Assembly: GCA_051047955.1 (NCBI GenBank)
Contig: JBPGPT010000040.1
Location: 1 to 64,000 of the forward strand
Length of the DNA: 64,000 nt
Source of the DNA: Cystobasidiomycetes sp. EMM_F5
Taxonomy: Eukaryota
Direction of reading: 5' to 3'
The notes below the pieces were generated by a model, which ran no database searches, was not told the origin of the DNA, and was given only the letters and a program-made list of their open reading frames with translations. Position 1 is the first letter of the stretch. Each line of letters begins with the position of its first letter. This document shows positions 38,654 through 51,481 of the stretch, piece after piece. The translations under genes were made by a program, and so were the position numbers.

Positions 38654-39164
38654 ATGGCTGGCGACAAGGTGTTCAGTGAGCAATTCAGGCGACGGCCAAC
38701 ACTTTGCAAGGCCTTCGGCTCATTTCATGCGACAGACCCAAAGGAGGTGGAATCCCACAATACTAACGATTCGGCTTGGCTTATTGTGGACGGAGGGTGC
38801 GTTAGCCTCAATCTGTAATACTCGGCTTGCTTTACCAAGCTGAACTGCGTGCAGCGTATACGATGTGACGGAGTTTCTGCCTGGTACGCTGTGTTCAGCT
38901 CTCCTACTACCAATTGTCGAGACTGATGGACTAGCTTCACGTTTATCCTACAGAACATCCAGGTGGAAAGAAGATACTTCTCAAAGCATGTGGGAAAGAC
39001 TCGTCGGCGGCCTTCTGGCAGTCCGTCGTACCCTGTGCAACATTTAAAGGCACTTTGATTGGCTGATCTATCTCACTCTCCATAGGTTCCACAGCGAAAA
39101 GGTTTTGAAGAAGACAGCTGCACCGATGAAGATTGGTACGGTCGGAGGGGCTGCTAAGCTGTAG
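38654..39164 (+). CDS. Small soluble cytochrome b5 with C-terminal AKL
   Basis: Five exons: EVESHNTNDSAWLIVDGG-VYDVTEFLP-EHPGGKKILLKACGKDSSAAFWQ-FHSEKVL...KIGTVGGAAKL stop; both heme His ligands present; no TM tail. Confidence 0.9.
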
Positions 39165-39656
39165 TCATACACTGCCGGCCAAGCAAAATACCCGGAGCAT
39201 CAACGAACCGTTCGCCAGAGACGTTTGCTGTTACAGCAGAGCACCTCTTATGGACACATATTAACGGTGACCGCAGAGCTGAGAATAGCAGAACTACGTA
39301 GCCGCTTGTTGGCGGCCTTCGTCGTATACCATCTCCAGAAGCCACTATGATCTTGCGAAGCTTGGTCAGAGTTTCAAGGCTTGTTCACACTCGCGGTTCG
39401 ATGAACAGATATGCAAATAAGTTTACCTCATTGTCTGTATCTCTACGGAGCTTTATATGGTGTAGCAGCTTCGCTCTCCGTCTGTTTGCCCGAATGCATG
39501 CTCTCCTATTTTGCCACTTGCCTGTTGCTCACGCTCCGAGCAGTCTCTGCTGTCCAGACTAGGAAGAAGCTTTGCCTGCATGACAACAATCTCGAAATTC
39601 AGCTGACGGGCTGCTCGTCGCTGGTCTGGACGAGGGCAAGGCTGCCGCTGGCTGCG

Positions 39657-42225
39657 ATGCCTCTGCAGGGCATATGGTCGTTTCTGCGACGCTTCCTGCA
39701 CAACCAGAGCTCGGCAACCTTGCTCTTCAACCCGTACGAGTCGACGACCAGAACTGAGGACGGCAAGCTCAAGCGGAAACGGCCCAAGATTGTGAGCTGT
39801 GACCGCATGCTGCCACTTGCCTTTTAACGGAAGCTTTCTCGGACAGCGGGCTGAACGCACATTGTAATATCTCTATTTCTTCTGCAGGCATATCTTCAGA
39901 TCCTGTATGATCTTTTCATCGTAGCCGCCCTCCAAATTTTCTCTCGCGAAGCTGCCCTCGTAACTGGGGATCAAATTGCTTCCTTGATAGCGTTCTTTAC
40001 CATTCTCTGGTCAGTTATTCACGGCGGGGAGCTTCTCACAACGACTGACCATGTAATTCAGGTCAATATGGGCTTCTCAGGCAATATTCGATCTTCACTA
40101 TCGCAGCGGGCACGATATGCTGTCTATGCTATTTGTCCTTATACAGCTGTCGCTTTTTGGAGCCATGGCAGCGATTGGCGCTGGCTTCAACATCGCAACA
40201 GGCATCAAGCACTTCAAGGACGATCTGCCCGCCGGAATCTTTGAGTGGCTACAGCCTTACAAGGCCGAACTCATTGATCATGACGACCGGAAACGCGCAT
40301 TGCAGACCGCGTCTGCAATGTACGCTATATCTCGCGTGGTATTGGCGTGTCAATACGCCATTGTAACATTGCAAGCAAAACGTGCTTCCTGTCCGGTGCG
40401 ACCAACTCTCTACATTATTGGCGGACTATTCGCCAGCTGCGCTTGTTGGATTGCAGCGTTCTGCTGTGATCTACATTCTGGTCCGAGATGGGCAATTGCT
40501 CGTCTTAGCCTTTGGATTTTGGGAGTAATTTTCGAGTATGGCGTCAGTCTGTGGGTGATGCGAGCAGAGTCTCACTTTGAGTCAGACGATCAATTCTTTC
40601 TGGAGCGTTTCAACGCACTCACTATCATTATCATCGGAGAAGGAGGTGTGTAGATTCCACGAACAGCCTTCATGAAAATACTAGGTCTGACCTACGTGTA
40701 GTCTTTGGCCTATTCGAAAGCTTTTCGTCAGTCATCCAGGGTCCTCAAAGTACACCTAGTGTGACTTCAATTGGAGTCTTGTTTGCATCAATTTGCATGT
40801 ACTTGTCCACATATTGTGAGTATCCGCAACTGGAATTCTGACTGTAATTGCTGATTGGAACACTTCTCGCCGCTAAGACCTGTATTTTGGTCATAAAGTG
40901 GACACGTTCCGCATTATGAGAGGCTCGACCCTCATTTGGGGCATTCTCCATTATCCACTTCACCTATGCCTGTTACTGGTATTTCAAGCTGTCAACTATA
41001 ATGTAGAAGCTGTCGCCGTCCTTGAGGCGCTGGAGGGCTTGATAGACACTGGCGGTTCTGCAGTCGGGGAGCTAGCGGCGTTCTATTTTGCGTCTTCTAA
41101 CGTGACGGTTGACCAATTACTGGAGCTCACACTCACATCGACAAACGGCACCTACTTGAATGCATTCGCCCACAATCTGGGTGTCAACAGAACAGCTGCT
41201 CTCGAGCTTGGAGCTTACATGGCTAACGGCAACACCACCAAATTTTTTCAATGGACTGGCGCAAACACCGCACAGTTGTATACCCGTCTTTTTGCCATCG
41301 CGAGGTTCCCGCCCACGGTGAGCTTGCTAAATCCAGCGGCAGTGGTCTCGACTGATCAGATCAAAGGCGGAGATATACATTTTGTTCGACCAACTTGGCG
41401 AGTACGGTTTCGATTTGCCCGAAGACTGGTCCGATGTCTATTTCGAAGGTATTGTTAGTCTGTACAGACTGATGTATGGAGCTTCTTTATTTGGTGAGTA
41501 ATGCAGCCTGATTGTCTGAAACATTGATCGCTGAGTGAGATCGCAGGTTTTGCTGTTTTGGTGAGATCCTGGCTGGTCCCATTATGTTCCCCACCCGGAT
41601 ACCAGCTGATACGACCACAGGGTGGATATTTGATTATTCTGTCCGCTATAAATTGGCTGCAAGCTTTACCGATGAGTACGTCCCTCGCAGTAACGGCTTT
41701 CATGATAATGAAGCTGATTTCTTGCTGTTCCTTCAGCAAAGTACATCAGAATATCTATCGCTTCGAAGGCAATCATAGGCATCGTCATGGTCGGTCTAGT
41801 TGCGCTCAAGTTAGTCGAAGACAGGATACGTTCAGAGGTTTAGGCTGAGGCGTATCCTACCCCAGTATCGGCGGGTTCAATGTTGACTTGGATGATGAAC
41901 TTTCTGAGTCCCTAATGGCGTCACTGGTATATTCTTACTGGCTAGTCCCATCAATGCTCAGTGCCGTTGTCACTGTGCTGATAGTTGACACGGTATGCTC
42001 TTTCCTGCCAGTTGCGCAACAATCTGACACCTTTGGGTTACCCAGATTCTGTTCCTGTGGAAACATGCCGATATGGACATCAAGCACCTTACCGAAGATC
42101 GCGGCGTTACGGAAGGGGAGCAAGATGAGAAATCCGCACATCCTGTCATCACGTCCGGAGATGTCGCACTAAATCCGCTGTTACGTCGAACCATCACCGA
42201 ATCGCTTCGACACAGCGACGTATAG
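39657..42225 (+). CDS. LtrA (low temperature requirement A)-family multi-pass membrane protein
   Basis: LQILYDLFIVAAL, FFTILW-SIWASQAIFDLHY, FLERFNALTIIIIGEG, WGILHYPLHLCLLL motifs; many TM helices. Confidence 0.75.
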
Positions 42226-42778
42226 AGGAACGCCCCGGCTTAAGACACTGCCGAACAGCGTGCCACAATCAGATTTCGATAGACTAGATCTTATACAAGA
42301 CGACCGAAGAATCTCTGGCACAGCTTATACGCTGTACTTCGGTCGCATGTCCGATCCCGGCCAATATGCATCTCAAGGTGTGCGTAATATGATGCTGTCG
42401 CCCATCACAAGCTGTCTCTTCGTGCTTCTCCACCGCAAGAACGACATCAACATTGTTCAAGCCGTTTCACGCTATCATATCACATTTCAGCCTCTTATTA
42501 CATACGCAGGCTACGGTTACATGTACCATAAATTCGGTATAGCTGCCCAACCCAGCTGGTGGGTTCTTGGCTGTCGAACGTAATCCTATTTTGACACGAG
42601 CAGAGATGGTTCTACATTAGTCCACATGCATATATTACATACATGAGTACATCAATCTGAAGTTATAATTAGTACTATTGACGTACCGGATATGGCTGTA
42701 TGGTCATCCTTTCTTGTTGCCCGTAGCTTTTCTCCGCAGAGTAACGCTTAGGAGGTGGACGAATGCAACACCAATATA

Positions 42779-43899
42779 ATGCTGCCAAGCAGAAAGAAGG
42801 TAGCGTGTGGAGGCATTTGGTGCTCCGTCTACGGTCTGCAAGAGTTGGCACAAAAGGAGGTCACTGCTGTCTTTCTACTTCACGGCAGGTGCGTCTGAAG
42901 GTCAATTGGCCATCGTGATGGAGCGAGCCTTGAATGCGATGCATTTACTGACTCGCGCACATGTCAATGCAAAAGGTTTGGCTCCGCCGAGGGACTTGAA
43001 GAGCATGTTCGCCACACGTATCAACTGGCAGAGGCGCAACGGCGTTCTGTGTCGCCAACGAAGAGACCGCTAATCTTTATTGTGCGCCAAACGTTCTCTT
43101 TCAAACTACGGCTGACGCTGTGCTAACGTCGATGATGAACATTGTTTCTAACCTTTACAGACATTTGACCAAGTACGTAAGGCCTTTCTGCACGTCTGAG
43201 ATACCGCTAACACATTGTCGCGCGCAGCGCAACCACGGCACCCGACTGATCTCGAAAAAAGGCCAGCAGTCATGGACTGAAGGGAAGGAGGGACACGCAC
43301 AGGACATGCTTTCAATGCTGGTCGGAACTGCTGCGGATGTCTCTCTTCTAGCCGACCATCTACCCAGTACCCTCTTCCCGCTGGACGAAGTCAATGTTGC
43401 GGAATGGATGGTTGCTGGCATAAGTTTAGGTGCACATTCTGTATGGCACGTACTGAAAAATGGCAGGTGCTGCTTCTCATGGCAAGCTCCGCAAGCTAAC
43501 CAACCAATAGACCAGCGATTCAGAGTGGGCGTGCCAATAATCGGCTGCCCTTCATACAGGAAGCTCATGCAGCAAAGGGCTGTGACTTCTCGAGTGTCGT
43601 TCGGCCCTCCGTACATGCCTAAGCAGTTGATGAAATTGCTTAGCGCTATCGACCCGGATAGCACAGACTACGCATCGACAGAACCCGCTAGGAATCCGTT
43701 CTGGGGAAAGAAAGTCTTGTCACTGCATGGCGCTGACGACGATTTGGTACCCTTCAGCTGTTCCGAGCAATTTTTGACTGGTCTGGAAGTAGGTGGAGAG
43801 GGATATAAGTCCGTCATTGCCGAGCCGGGCCGCAAGCATGAGACGACAGACTTTATGATAAGCCAGATGGCCAATTTTCTCGTAGACCATCAAACGTGA
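42779..43899 (+). CDS. Alpha/beta-hydrolase (esterase-like, uncharacterised fungal family)
   Basis: VFLLHGR; D-QRNHGTR; nucleophile elbow AGISLGAH; LHGADDDLVP; GRKHE. Confidence 0.85.
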
Positions 43900-44077
43900 T
43901 TGGCCATTGCTAAATGTGTCAGTAGGAGGTATCGCGCAGCCACACACATACTCTCATTCGATGTCATGCAAGCGAAGCACAGCATACGGCAGCACGACCT
44001 ACTAAGCCCGCGATACGACCGTCAACAACAACATGCCTACTGTATAAGATGGGGCAGAATTTAGTTCAACGTCTATA

Positions 44078-45626
44078 TCAAACCGCCCGGGGCTCTTTCT
44101 TGGTAGACGATGCATTAGCGGGAGCGGTAGAGCTACCGAGCCAGCTGGAAAAGAACCCTCCATCCGCTGGCTCTGGATCCTCGATTTGTTTTAGTCCAAG
44201 TTCATCTGCCGAGGGTGGCCTTGGAGGAGCGGGAGGAGCGGGCGCGGGTGCGGTAGACACGAATGCCATGATGCATATAGCCAGAGACGCAATCATGACT
44301 GGAAGGGATGCAAGCGAGATACCGGGCTCCTATTAGCCGAAAATCACGGAGATACCAAAAGAGGGTTGTTGCCTTACCGATTGACCGACGAGTCTGTATC
44401 CACTTGTTAGCCTCCAGTACCGCTTTCGTGTCTCCAAGGTTCAGCAGGAATTTATTGTTCAACTCCAAGATTCGTTGCTCAATGTTGGAAATGTCGGTCG
44501 AAGCCTCTTCCTTCCGATTATTGAGATCAATCTGGTTGTTGTGCTTAAGGGTATTGATATCCTCGCGCAGAATCTGCGTGAGACTATCCACCTCTCTCTG
44601 CAAGCGGGAGTTGAGACCCCTTAGAGCGATAGCATCGGTTCTAGCCGTCATCTGAATCTCGGTCCGCAACTCTGACAAAGCAGCAGAGAAGAGGTATGCC
44701 TCATTCTCCAACTCCGTCTTGGCGACCAGATTCCTCACAGACTGATCTTCTGCTGTAATCAGCATGGCTTTGGTTGCGCGCATCAATTCTTCTGCTTGAT
44801 TTCGCGTAAACTCGTTTGTTCTCTCAAGCGATGCCACAAAGCGATTAGTGTTGAAAGGATGGCGTATAGGTGGTATAGACATAGGAGTAGGAATCAACGG
44901 TATTGCGCCAGATGTAGGGGCGACTGTTACTGTCGTTTCAGCTGCATTGTCCTGCGAGAGAACGGGCGTAGGCGGCACTATGGTACTGTTTTCTGTTGTA
45001 TGGGATTGCGAGGACCCAGCAGTAGAGCCAGCAGTTTCGTTTCGCATGCTACTATTATTTGACGGTGAGTTATCCCTTTGTGGCAGATCTCGAGACCCGT
45101 GAGCAGTGTCTGGGACTGCAGCACCTATCGCTTGAGTATTCTGTTGTTCAGTCTGTCGTGACACAGACGTGCTCGGCGTGATAGTATCTGTAGAAGCTTG
45201 CCCTTCGTTCTGGAGGGATGTTCGCAACGATGGATTCGCAGCGCCAGGCGGACGAACATTCTCGAGCAAACCACCATCACTGTTTCCAGTATTGTCCTCT
45301 CCCGATGCTGGTTGCTTGCCCTTCGCCCGCTGCCTTTCCACAAGCACCCTGTGCGCTGGGTTGTCCGATGTGGTGCGGTCAGATGCGGGTGCGGCTGATA
45401 TGGCTATTGTGCTGGCGTTGGCGTGCGTAGGGGGACTAGACTTCGTCAAGAGCTTGTCACCGGATTTGCTGCTACTGGCGCTGCTGGTGAGACTGGGTCC
45501 CTCGATAGCATTCCGCCGAGCGGATGTCGAGAGTGGATACCGGGTCCGTCTTGACAGGATGACTGTGCCGCAACCTGGACATGACCGTCTGGCGCATGCA
45601 GTGACTGTCCGTTTGAGACTGAGCAT
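44078..45626 (-). CDS. Mitochondrial DUF1640 / CCDC90 (MCUR1/FMP32-like) coiled-coil membrane protein
   Basis: Presequence MLSLKRTVTACARR; HPFNTNRFVASLE..FTRNQAEELMRA; LENEAYLFSAALSELRTE; coiled coil followed by a C-terminal TM helix. Confidence 0.85.
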
Positions 45627-45728
45627 GGTGGTTGATAAAAGCAAAGAGAGCAGTGGCGTCCCTGGAAATGGGCTTGGCTGCAACATGACGCGCACAGCTT
45701 AGTCTGCGACCAGCAGACGTCAAACAGG

Positions 45729-47122
45729 ATGAAGAAGTTCTTCAACAAACTCGAGAGCAAGCTGGACAGTAATAGCAACAAGCCGGGCAATACTAGTACT
45801 AATGCTGGACAGCGGTATAGTGCACCGCCAGGACCACCTCCCCAGGCAACCGGGCAGCAGCAGCAGCACTCGAACGCTGGGCAGTAAGGCCAGTCGCCAG
45901 CTTACTCTAGCCAACAGCAACAAGTTCCCATTGGCACGTTCAGTGCCCCAGGCGGTCCTCCACCCGGTTCTTCCACTGCACACGCTCGAACAGCTCCCGG
46001 CATAGAGGATCCGTTTGCTGCGCTGAGACGATATGACACAGGTATGAGAGTTGCTCCGATATACGCCATGCATACTGAAACATTCCACAGTCTTCATCAT
46101 TGACGACAGCGAGTCCAGTCAGTCCAGTCATGCTTGACACACGTGACCCAGTGAACTGATGACGACGAAATGTTATCCCTGATACTGTACACCGCGATGC
46201 GCATACCCTTCGCACTGCCTAGTGGAGATGCACTGGGACCAGACGAGAGATGCGGTCGTCGGGGTGGTCGAGAAGGCAACAAAGTACGACGACGATGGCG
46301 TTGACATTTCGTTCTTTAACGTATGTCATTGCACCGCATTCGATTACACGCAACACATAATCTAACTGCGTATAATACTACGCAGAACCCTACAGTTGTG
46401 GAGAATATGCGCACAGCTACCCAAATTCGCTCCCTCTTCAATCGAATCGATCCCCGCAAATCTACCCCAACAGCAAAGGCATTGACCAGGATACTCGAGC
46501 CATATCTACAGAAGCTCGAAGCTGCTCACCGAGCAAAAGAGCAGGGTAACGCTTCCATCCAGCCCATTAAGCCGATGAATGTGGTCGTTCTCACGGGTAA
46601 GCGAACAGACAGAGACTGATGAAGCTGAATTGACGTCTCACTCTTTAGATGGCGCTCCTGATCGTAACGAATCACCTGAGGGTGTCATTGTTGTATGCGC
46701 TGTCCGGATGTCATTGCAAGAATGAACCGACTGACAATTCCGATGGCAGAATGCTGGCAAGCGCTTGGATGCCATACGCGCGCCGCCTTACCAGCTTGGA
46801 TTCAGTTTTATCCAGATTGGACAGGACGACGAAGTGGGCAAACAGATTGCATTTGGTTACAATCCGTCCCGAACTGATGATCCGGTTTCAACAATGCAGG
46901 CTCAGCAAGCTCTGCAGTATTTAGATGATCACCTCAAGACTGAGTATGGTATTCGCGACATGGTGAGTCTGTGTAAATTCGCGTAGTTATGTCCGCTCTA
47001 ATTCTCTTGTGCGTATGCAGGTCGACACGACTCTCTTCCCCTCGGAAGGCGGTCATATCGATAGCGAGTATCTCCTTAAAGGTCTGCTTGGAGGCATCAA
47101 CCGCAAGTATGATAGAACGTAA
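45729..47122 (+). CDS. Fungal vWA-domain protein with Pro/Gln-rich N-terminus; frame interrupted by TAA at 45885 (mini-intron or nonsense allele)
   Basis: DPFAALRRYDT-VFIIDDSESM (MIDAS DxSxS), YDDDGVDISFFN, STPT, VVLT-DGAP, FIQIGQD, LDDHL..RDM-VDTT, LLGGINR. Confidence 0.8.
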
Positions 47123-47472
47123 GAGAGAGTGGTAGCATGCTGTTCCCTCGCGTATTCTTCCCCGCATGCAGAGGTGCTATACTGTAAGTAGTCGAACGAA
47201 TTTTGAACTTTTCGTGCTACTGTAGGATGATTCGCATCAAATGAATACATCCTTGTAGCACGTCATATAAAAAAAGTAGCAGCGTAACTTAGGAGTGATA
47301 TTCGAGGTTGGCTGGACGCGGCCGGCCGATCACTGCCCGCGAGCACGCCACGGCCTGCACGTTTGCCTGGGCGAAAAAAGTTGCCAGCGGCTTTCAACTC
47401 AGCTCAACAGCAAACGACATAGTTACCTGCGCATTCTGCGACTATACTCATCATCTCACTGCACATCCTATC

Positions 47473-49060
47473 ATGTCTGCACACCTCAACCAGACCAAGG
47501 CTCTGCCTGCTGGACATTTTCTTTTCACCAGTGGTGGGCAGCGTCCGAATGTTGAGCCGAAATCCAAACTCGAGCTAAAAATCACGTTTGCTCTGCAGAA
47601 TCCGTTGGAAGAGGACATCCAGGTCAGTGATGACGCTGGCGCAGCTACCGTTTCATCTGCTGAGCGCTGTAACCGAATTTATACGGTATTGTGACATTTT
47701 GTTGGATTCGCAGACAAGATTGCCGACCAGGTATGCAAACCTACCATCAAAGCTGCACGTCGATAACTAATAGCATGTTGACTTTGTAGATTTCTGACGC
47801 TATTCTGGATGCATGCCTGAAAGATGACCCATGGTCGAAAGTCGCCTGCGAGACTGCCACAAAAACCGGAATGGTAGGCTTGAGATTGCTTTTAGACCGT
47901 CAGAATAGAGTCTGATGGCCCTCAAGGTGATGGTCTTTGGCGAAATCACCACCAAGTCTCCTCTGGACTACCAAAAGATTATCCGCGATACCGTCAAGGA
48001 TATTGGGTACGACCACTCTGACAAGGGTTTCGATTACAAAAGTATGCTCTTTTGGCATGACAGCTATATATCTTGACGAGCTCTAATATATTCGATGTTT
48101 GCAGCTCTTAACGTACTTGTTGCTATCGAGCAACAGTCGCCTGATATTGCACAAGGTCTTGACCACGGCGACCTCGAGAACCACGGTGCCGGTGATCAAG
48201 GCATCATGTTCGGCTACGCTACGGACGAGACCCAAGAACTCATGCCACTCACGCTCGTCTTGGCTCACAACCTCAACCGCAAGATGGAAGAGGAAATGAA
48301 GAATGGCAACCTTGCATGGTTGAGGCCAGACGTGAGCATTTGGAGCCTACTTCCGCTGGGTTCCCCGTAATCTGATATATGGTCTCCCTCGGTGCAGTCC
48401 AAGACCCAGGTCACAATTCAGTACGAGAAGGATCCTAACGGTTCTGGTGCAGTCAAGCCAATTCGCGTGGATACTGTTGTCGTCTCGACGCAGCATGCCG
48501 AAGAAATCTCTACGGAAGATCTCCGCACTGCCATCCTCGACAAGGTGGTCAAGGCCGTTATTCCCGCAAACCTGCTGGATGACCAGACCATCTACCACAT
48601 CCAGCCTTCTGGGCGATTCGTCATTGGAGGGCCGCAAGGTGATGCAGGTTTGACTGGTCGCAAGATCATTGTCGACTCTTACGGTGGATGGGGTGCACAC
48701 GGTGGAGGAGCCTTCTCCGGCAAGGATTGGTCAAAGGTCGACCGATCGGGAGCTTACGCTGCACGATGGATTGCTAAGTCCATCATTGCTGCTGGACTCG
48801 CGCGCCGCGTATTGGTACAACTTTCATATGCTATTGGCGTCGCTGAGCCACTTTCCATCTATGTCGATTCATACGGCACATCGAAAGGCAAGAGTGATAC
48901 AGAATTGGTCGATATCATCCGCAAAAACTGGGACTTACGTCCAGGCGCGCTGGTCAAGGAACTCAACTTGCAGCGCCCCATCTACAGGCAAACCGCGGCA
49001 TATGGTCACTTTGGGCCGGCCTCATACCCATGGGAGCAGCCGAAGAAGCTGCAATTATAA
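47473..49060 (+). CDS. SAM2: S-adenosylmethionine synthetase
   Basis: [83 protein letters not shown]. Confidence 0.97.
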
Positions 49061-49610
49061 AAGGCTTGCATTGTCGTCTACTCGTGATCGGCTTCAACAT
49101 TCGCCGCTGATGCGAGTTGGCGCTACGAAAAAGGACGATTGTCGAAAGTCTTTGACAGTCATCTCAACGCATTCAGTGACACTGTAACAACGGCATCCCC
49201 AAATCAACCTTGACCGCGCCAGGGAATAGTCCGTCTCCTGGCAGCCCGACTAGCTAGAAGGCTAATCTACCAAGTTCGGCTTCCATCTGCAAGCAAAATC
49301 AGTAATGGGTGTGCAGTATAGACTGTACTGAGACGGTTTACTTTAGATGTTTGCGCAATTCCCTAGAAGGTCGGCACATGTATCGATAGAACTTATTCAA
49401 TGAAACCGGCGTCAACCGTCCAACCCTATGGCTTGAACATGACGTATTTTGCGCCAACGATGCGGCAGTCGAACGAACTGGCAAAGCGTTCGCATTAGGC
49501 CGAGACTTTCGCTGGCTGGTGAGATTGCCGAAGGCCTCGCTAGATGCGCTTAGGTGGAGTAGTCAACCATGTTGCTATACAAACTGGACGGTAGGGATGT
49601 CCGATTGTAT

Positions 49611-51327
49611 TTAGCGTCGAGTTGACGGCAAGCCGATGTCGGCGACGTGACTCCCGACAGCGGCAAGATTCCGCTCGTCGAGCTCGAACTCGTCCAGATC
49701 TACGTCACCGGGCGTGAACATCTCATCATCATCAGAATCTGGGTCGTCAAGGGCCCAGTCCGTACTGCTGGCCAAGTACTGCTCGAGGTACTGAGTGCCA
49801 TCGCGGTGCAGCCCTCCACCAACGGTGGACTCGCTGTCGGTAGCCAAAACATCGACTCTTGCCTCGAGGATGTCCAATTTACGCTTCAGTGCACTCGCTT
49901 CATCTTCTATGTCGAATTCATCCTCCTTTTCTTGATACTCCAAATTCTCTTCGAGTTCCTCAAAGCCTGGCGCATAAGCCGACCATCGGTCAATGACATT
50001 AGTCGTCCAGATGTGGAGGAACCCCTGATCTGAGGCGGTAATGACGATAGACCTAAGCGGATGCCACTTTGGTGTGTTTCAGTGCTTCGTATCTTTGTGT
50101 CATGATAGTACGCACGTCCATGTCATCCAGACAGTCCTTCGGACCTTCCAGGATCTTTACTAGACTGCCATTATTGCGGTCCCACAAGTATATCTGATGG
50201 GCCGTCTTGTGACCAGCTCCGCCGACAACATAATCGCCATCGTTACTGAAGCGTACGGCGTTCCACGGCGTTCGGTTGACCAGATCTTGGAACTTGTGTT
50301 GTAGAGTCAAGAGTCCATTAAGCTGCATCGCGCTTGACGGGGTCTCTGCTCTCGGTGGACTAGGCGCATACGTCGAGTTTGCAATAGACAGGAATGCGAG
50401 CTGGTCCACTGCGTATACCCTTATGCATCGATCGTTGGAATTAATCACTATCGCGTCCCCAACACCGTTGAATTCGAAAGACTTGATGGATGATCCAGAA
50501 GACACGACTTCAGTGTACAAATGCTGGGAAGTTGTGACGACGGTATCACTTGTCAGACTTCGAATTCGCAGCATGCTCTTGCGATTCGTGTGCTTACATT
50601 TTTTGTTTGTGTGTCGAAGACGTGAAGTCTGCCGAGAGACGATCCAACGTAGATGAGATCTCCACGAGGGTTGAAGGCGGCCATAGTTGCAACCTCCCTG
50701 TTGTAATCGTCAGGATTGCTACTGCTTTTGTTAGCCATGCCCTATATCATACTCACTTGCGCTTTTTGGCATTGACATCCGTACCGCCGTCTTCACCTTG
50801 ATCAAATTGATAAATGTTCAAGTCCCAGCGCCCTTCGTACGCCCTACGTAGATCAATTAAGGTGGCTTCAGCTTGTCCCGCTATAGTGGCCAAAAGCAGC
50901 TTGGAATTCTGAGGGTGGAAGCTGGCAGCCACGACGGGACCATCGAAGCGTACAGTGTCGCGCCTGTCGCCAGTCGAAATGTCCCATACTATGACGTTCC
51001 AGTCTCTTGAGCCGCTAAGCAGATATCTCGCATTGCGTGACCAGCTGCCGAGCCGGAAACGTCAGTGCCAGACCTTTCGGTGTCCGCTATGATAACACAC
51101 CACAGCGAAGTAATTGCCTTGACATGACCCTCCAAGTACCGAACGTAGCTTCTCGTCTCGAGATCAAGAACAGCTACCGAGCCATCTGTTCGACCTATGC
51201 CAATCATACTTCCTGCAAAGCGGCTCGTACGACTGCCATTGAACTTGAGACATTGTACAGAAGCGTCGATGCTGCAGTCTACCCTTTCCGGAAAGGTCGC
51301 GCCGAATGGATTGACCAATGGATTCAT
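49611..51327 (-). CDS. SWD1: COMPASS/Set1 complex WD40 subunit (RBBP5-like)
   Basis: LEGHVKAITSL-WSRNARYLLSGSRDW, FQDLVNRTPW, HQIYLWDRNNGSLVKILEGP, WSAYAPGFEELEENLEYQEKEDEFD. Confidence 0.92.
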
Positions 51328-51481
51328 GGACAAGCACTCATCTTTAAATGGGAAACGGCTAGCGGGGAAGCAGTCAAGACAGATCTCGCCAGATGAAGAA
51401 CAGTAGTTTGATTGCAAGCAGGAAGGTCGATACAGTGTAAGCTACATCTACTTTAAGTTGACATGATCGTCCCTTTCATCA

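Noticed and set aside
46157..46185. Possible C/D snoRNA in a vWA intron (TGATGA...GTTATCCCTGA, snR38-like guide)
   Set aside because: Box spacing is too short, the D box overlaps the guide and there is no terminal stem
47610..47612. Arg instead of Glu in the SAM synthetase ESVG(E/R)GHPD motif
   Set aside because: Catalytic His and Asp are intact and this position varies in other homologs as I recall
49318..49345. U3 snoRNA-like start AGACTGTACT
   Set aside because: Not followed by the box A GGATCATTTC sequence
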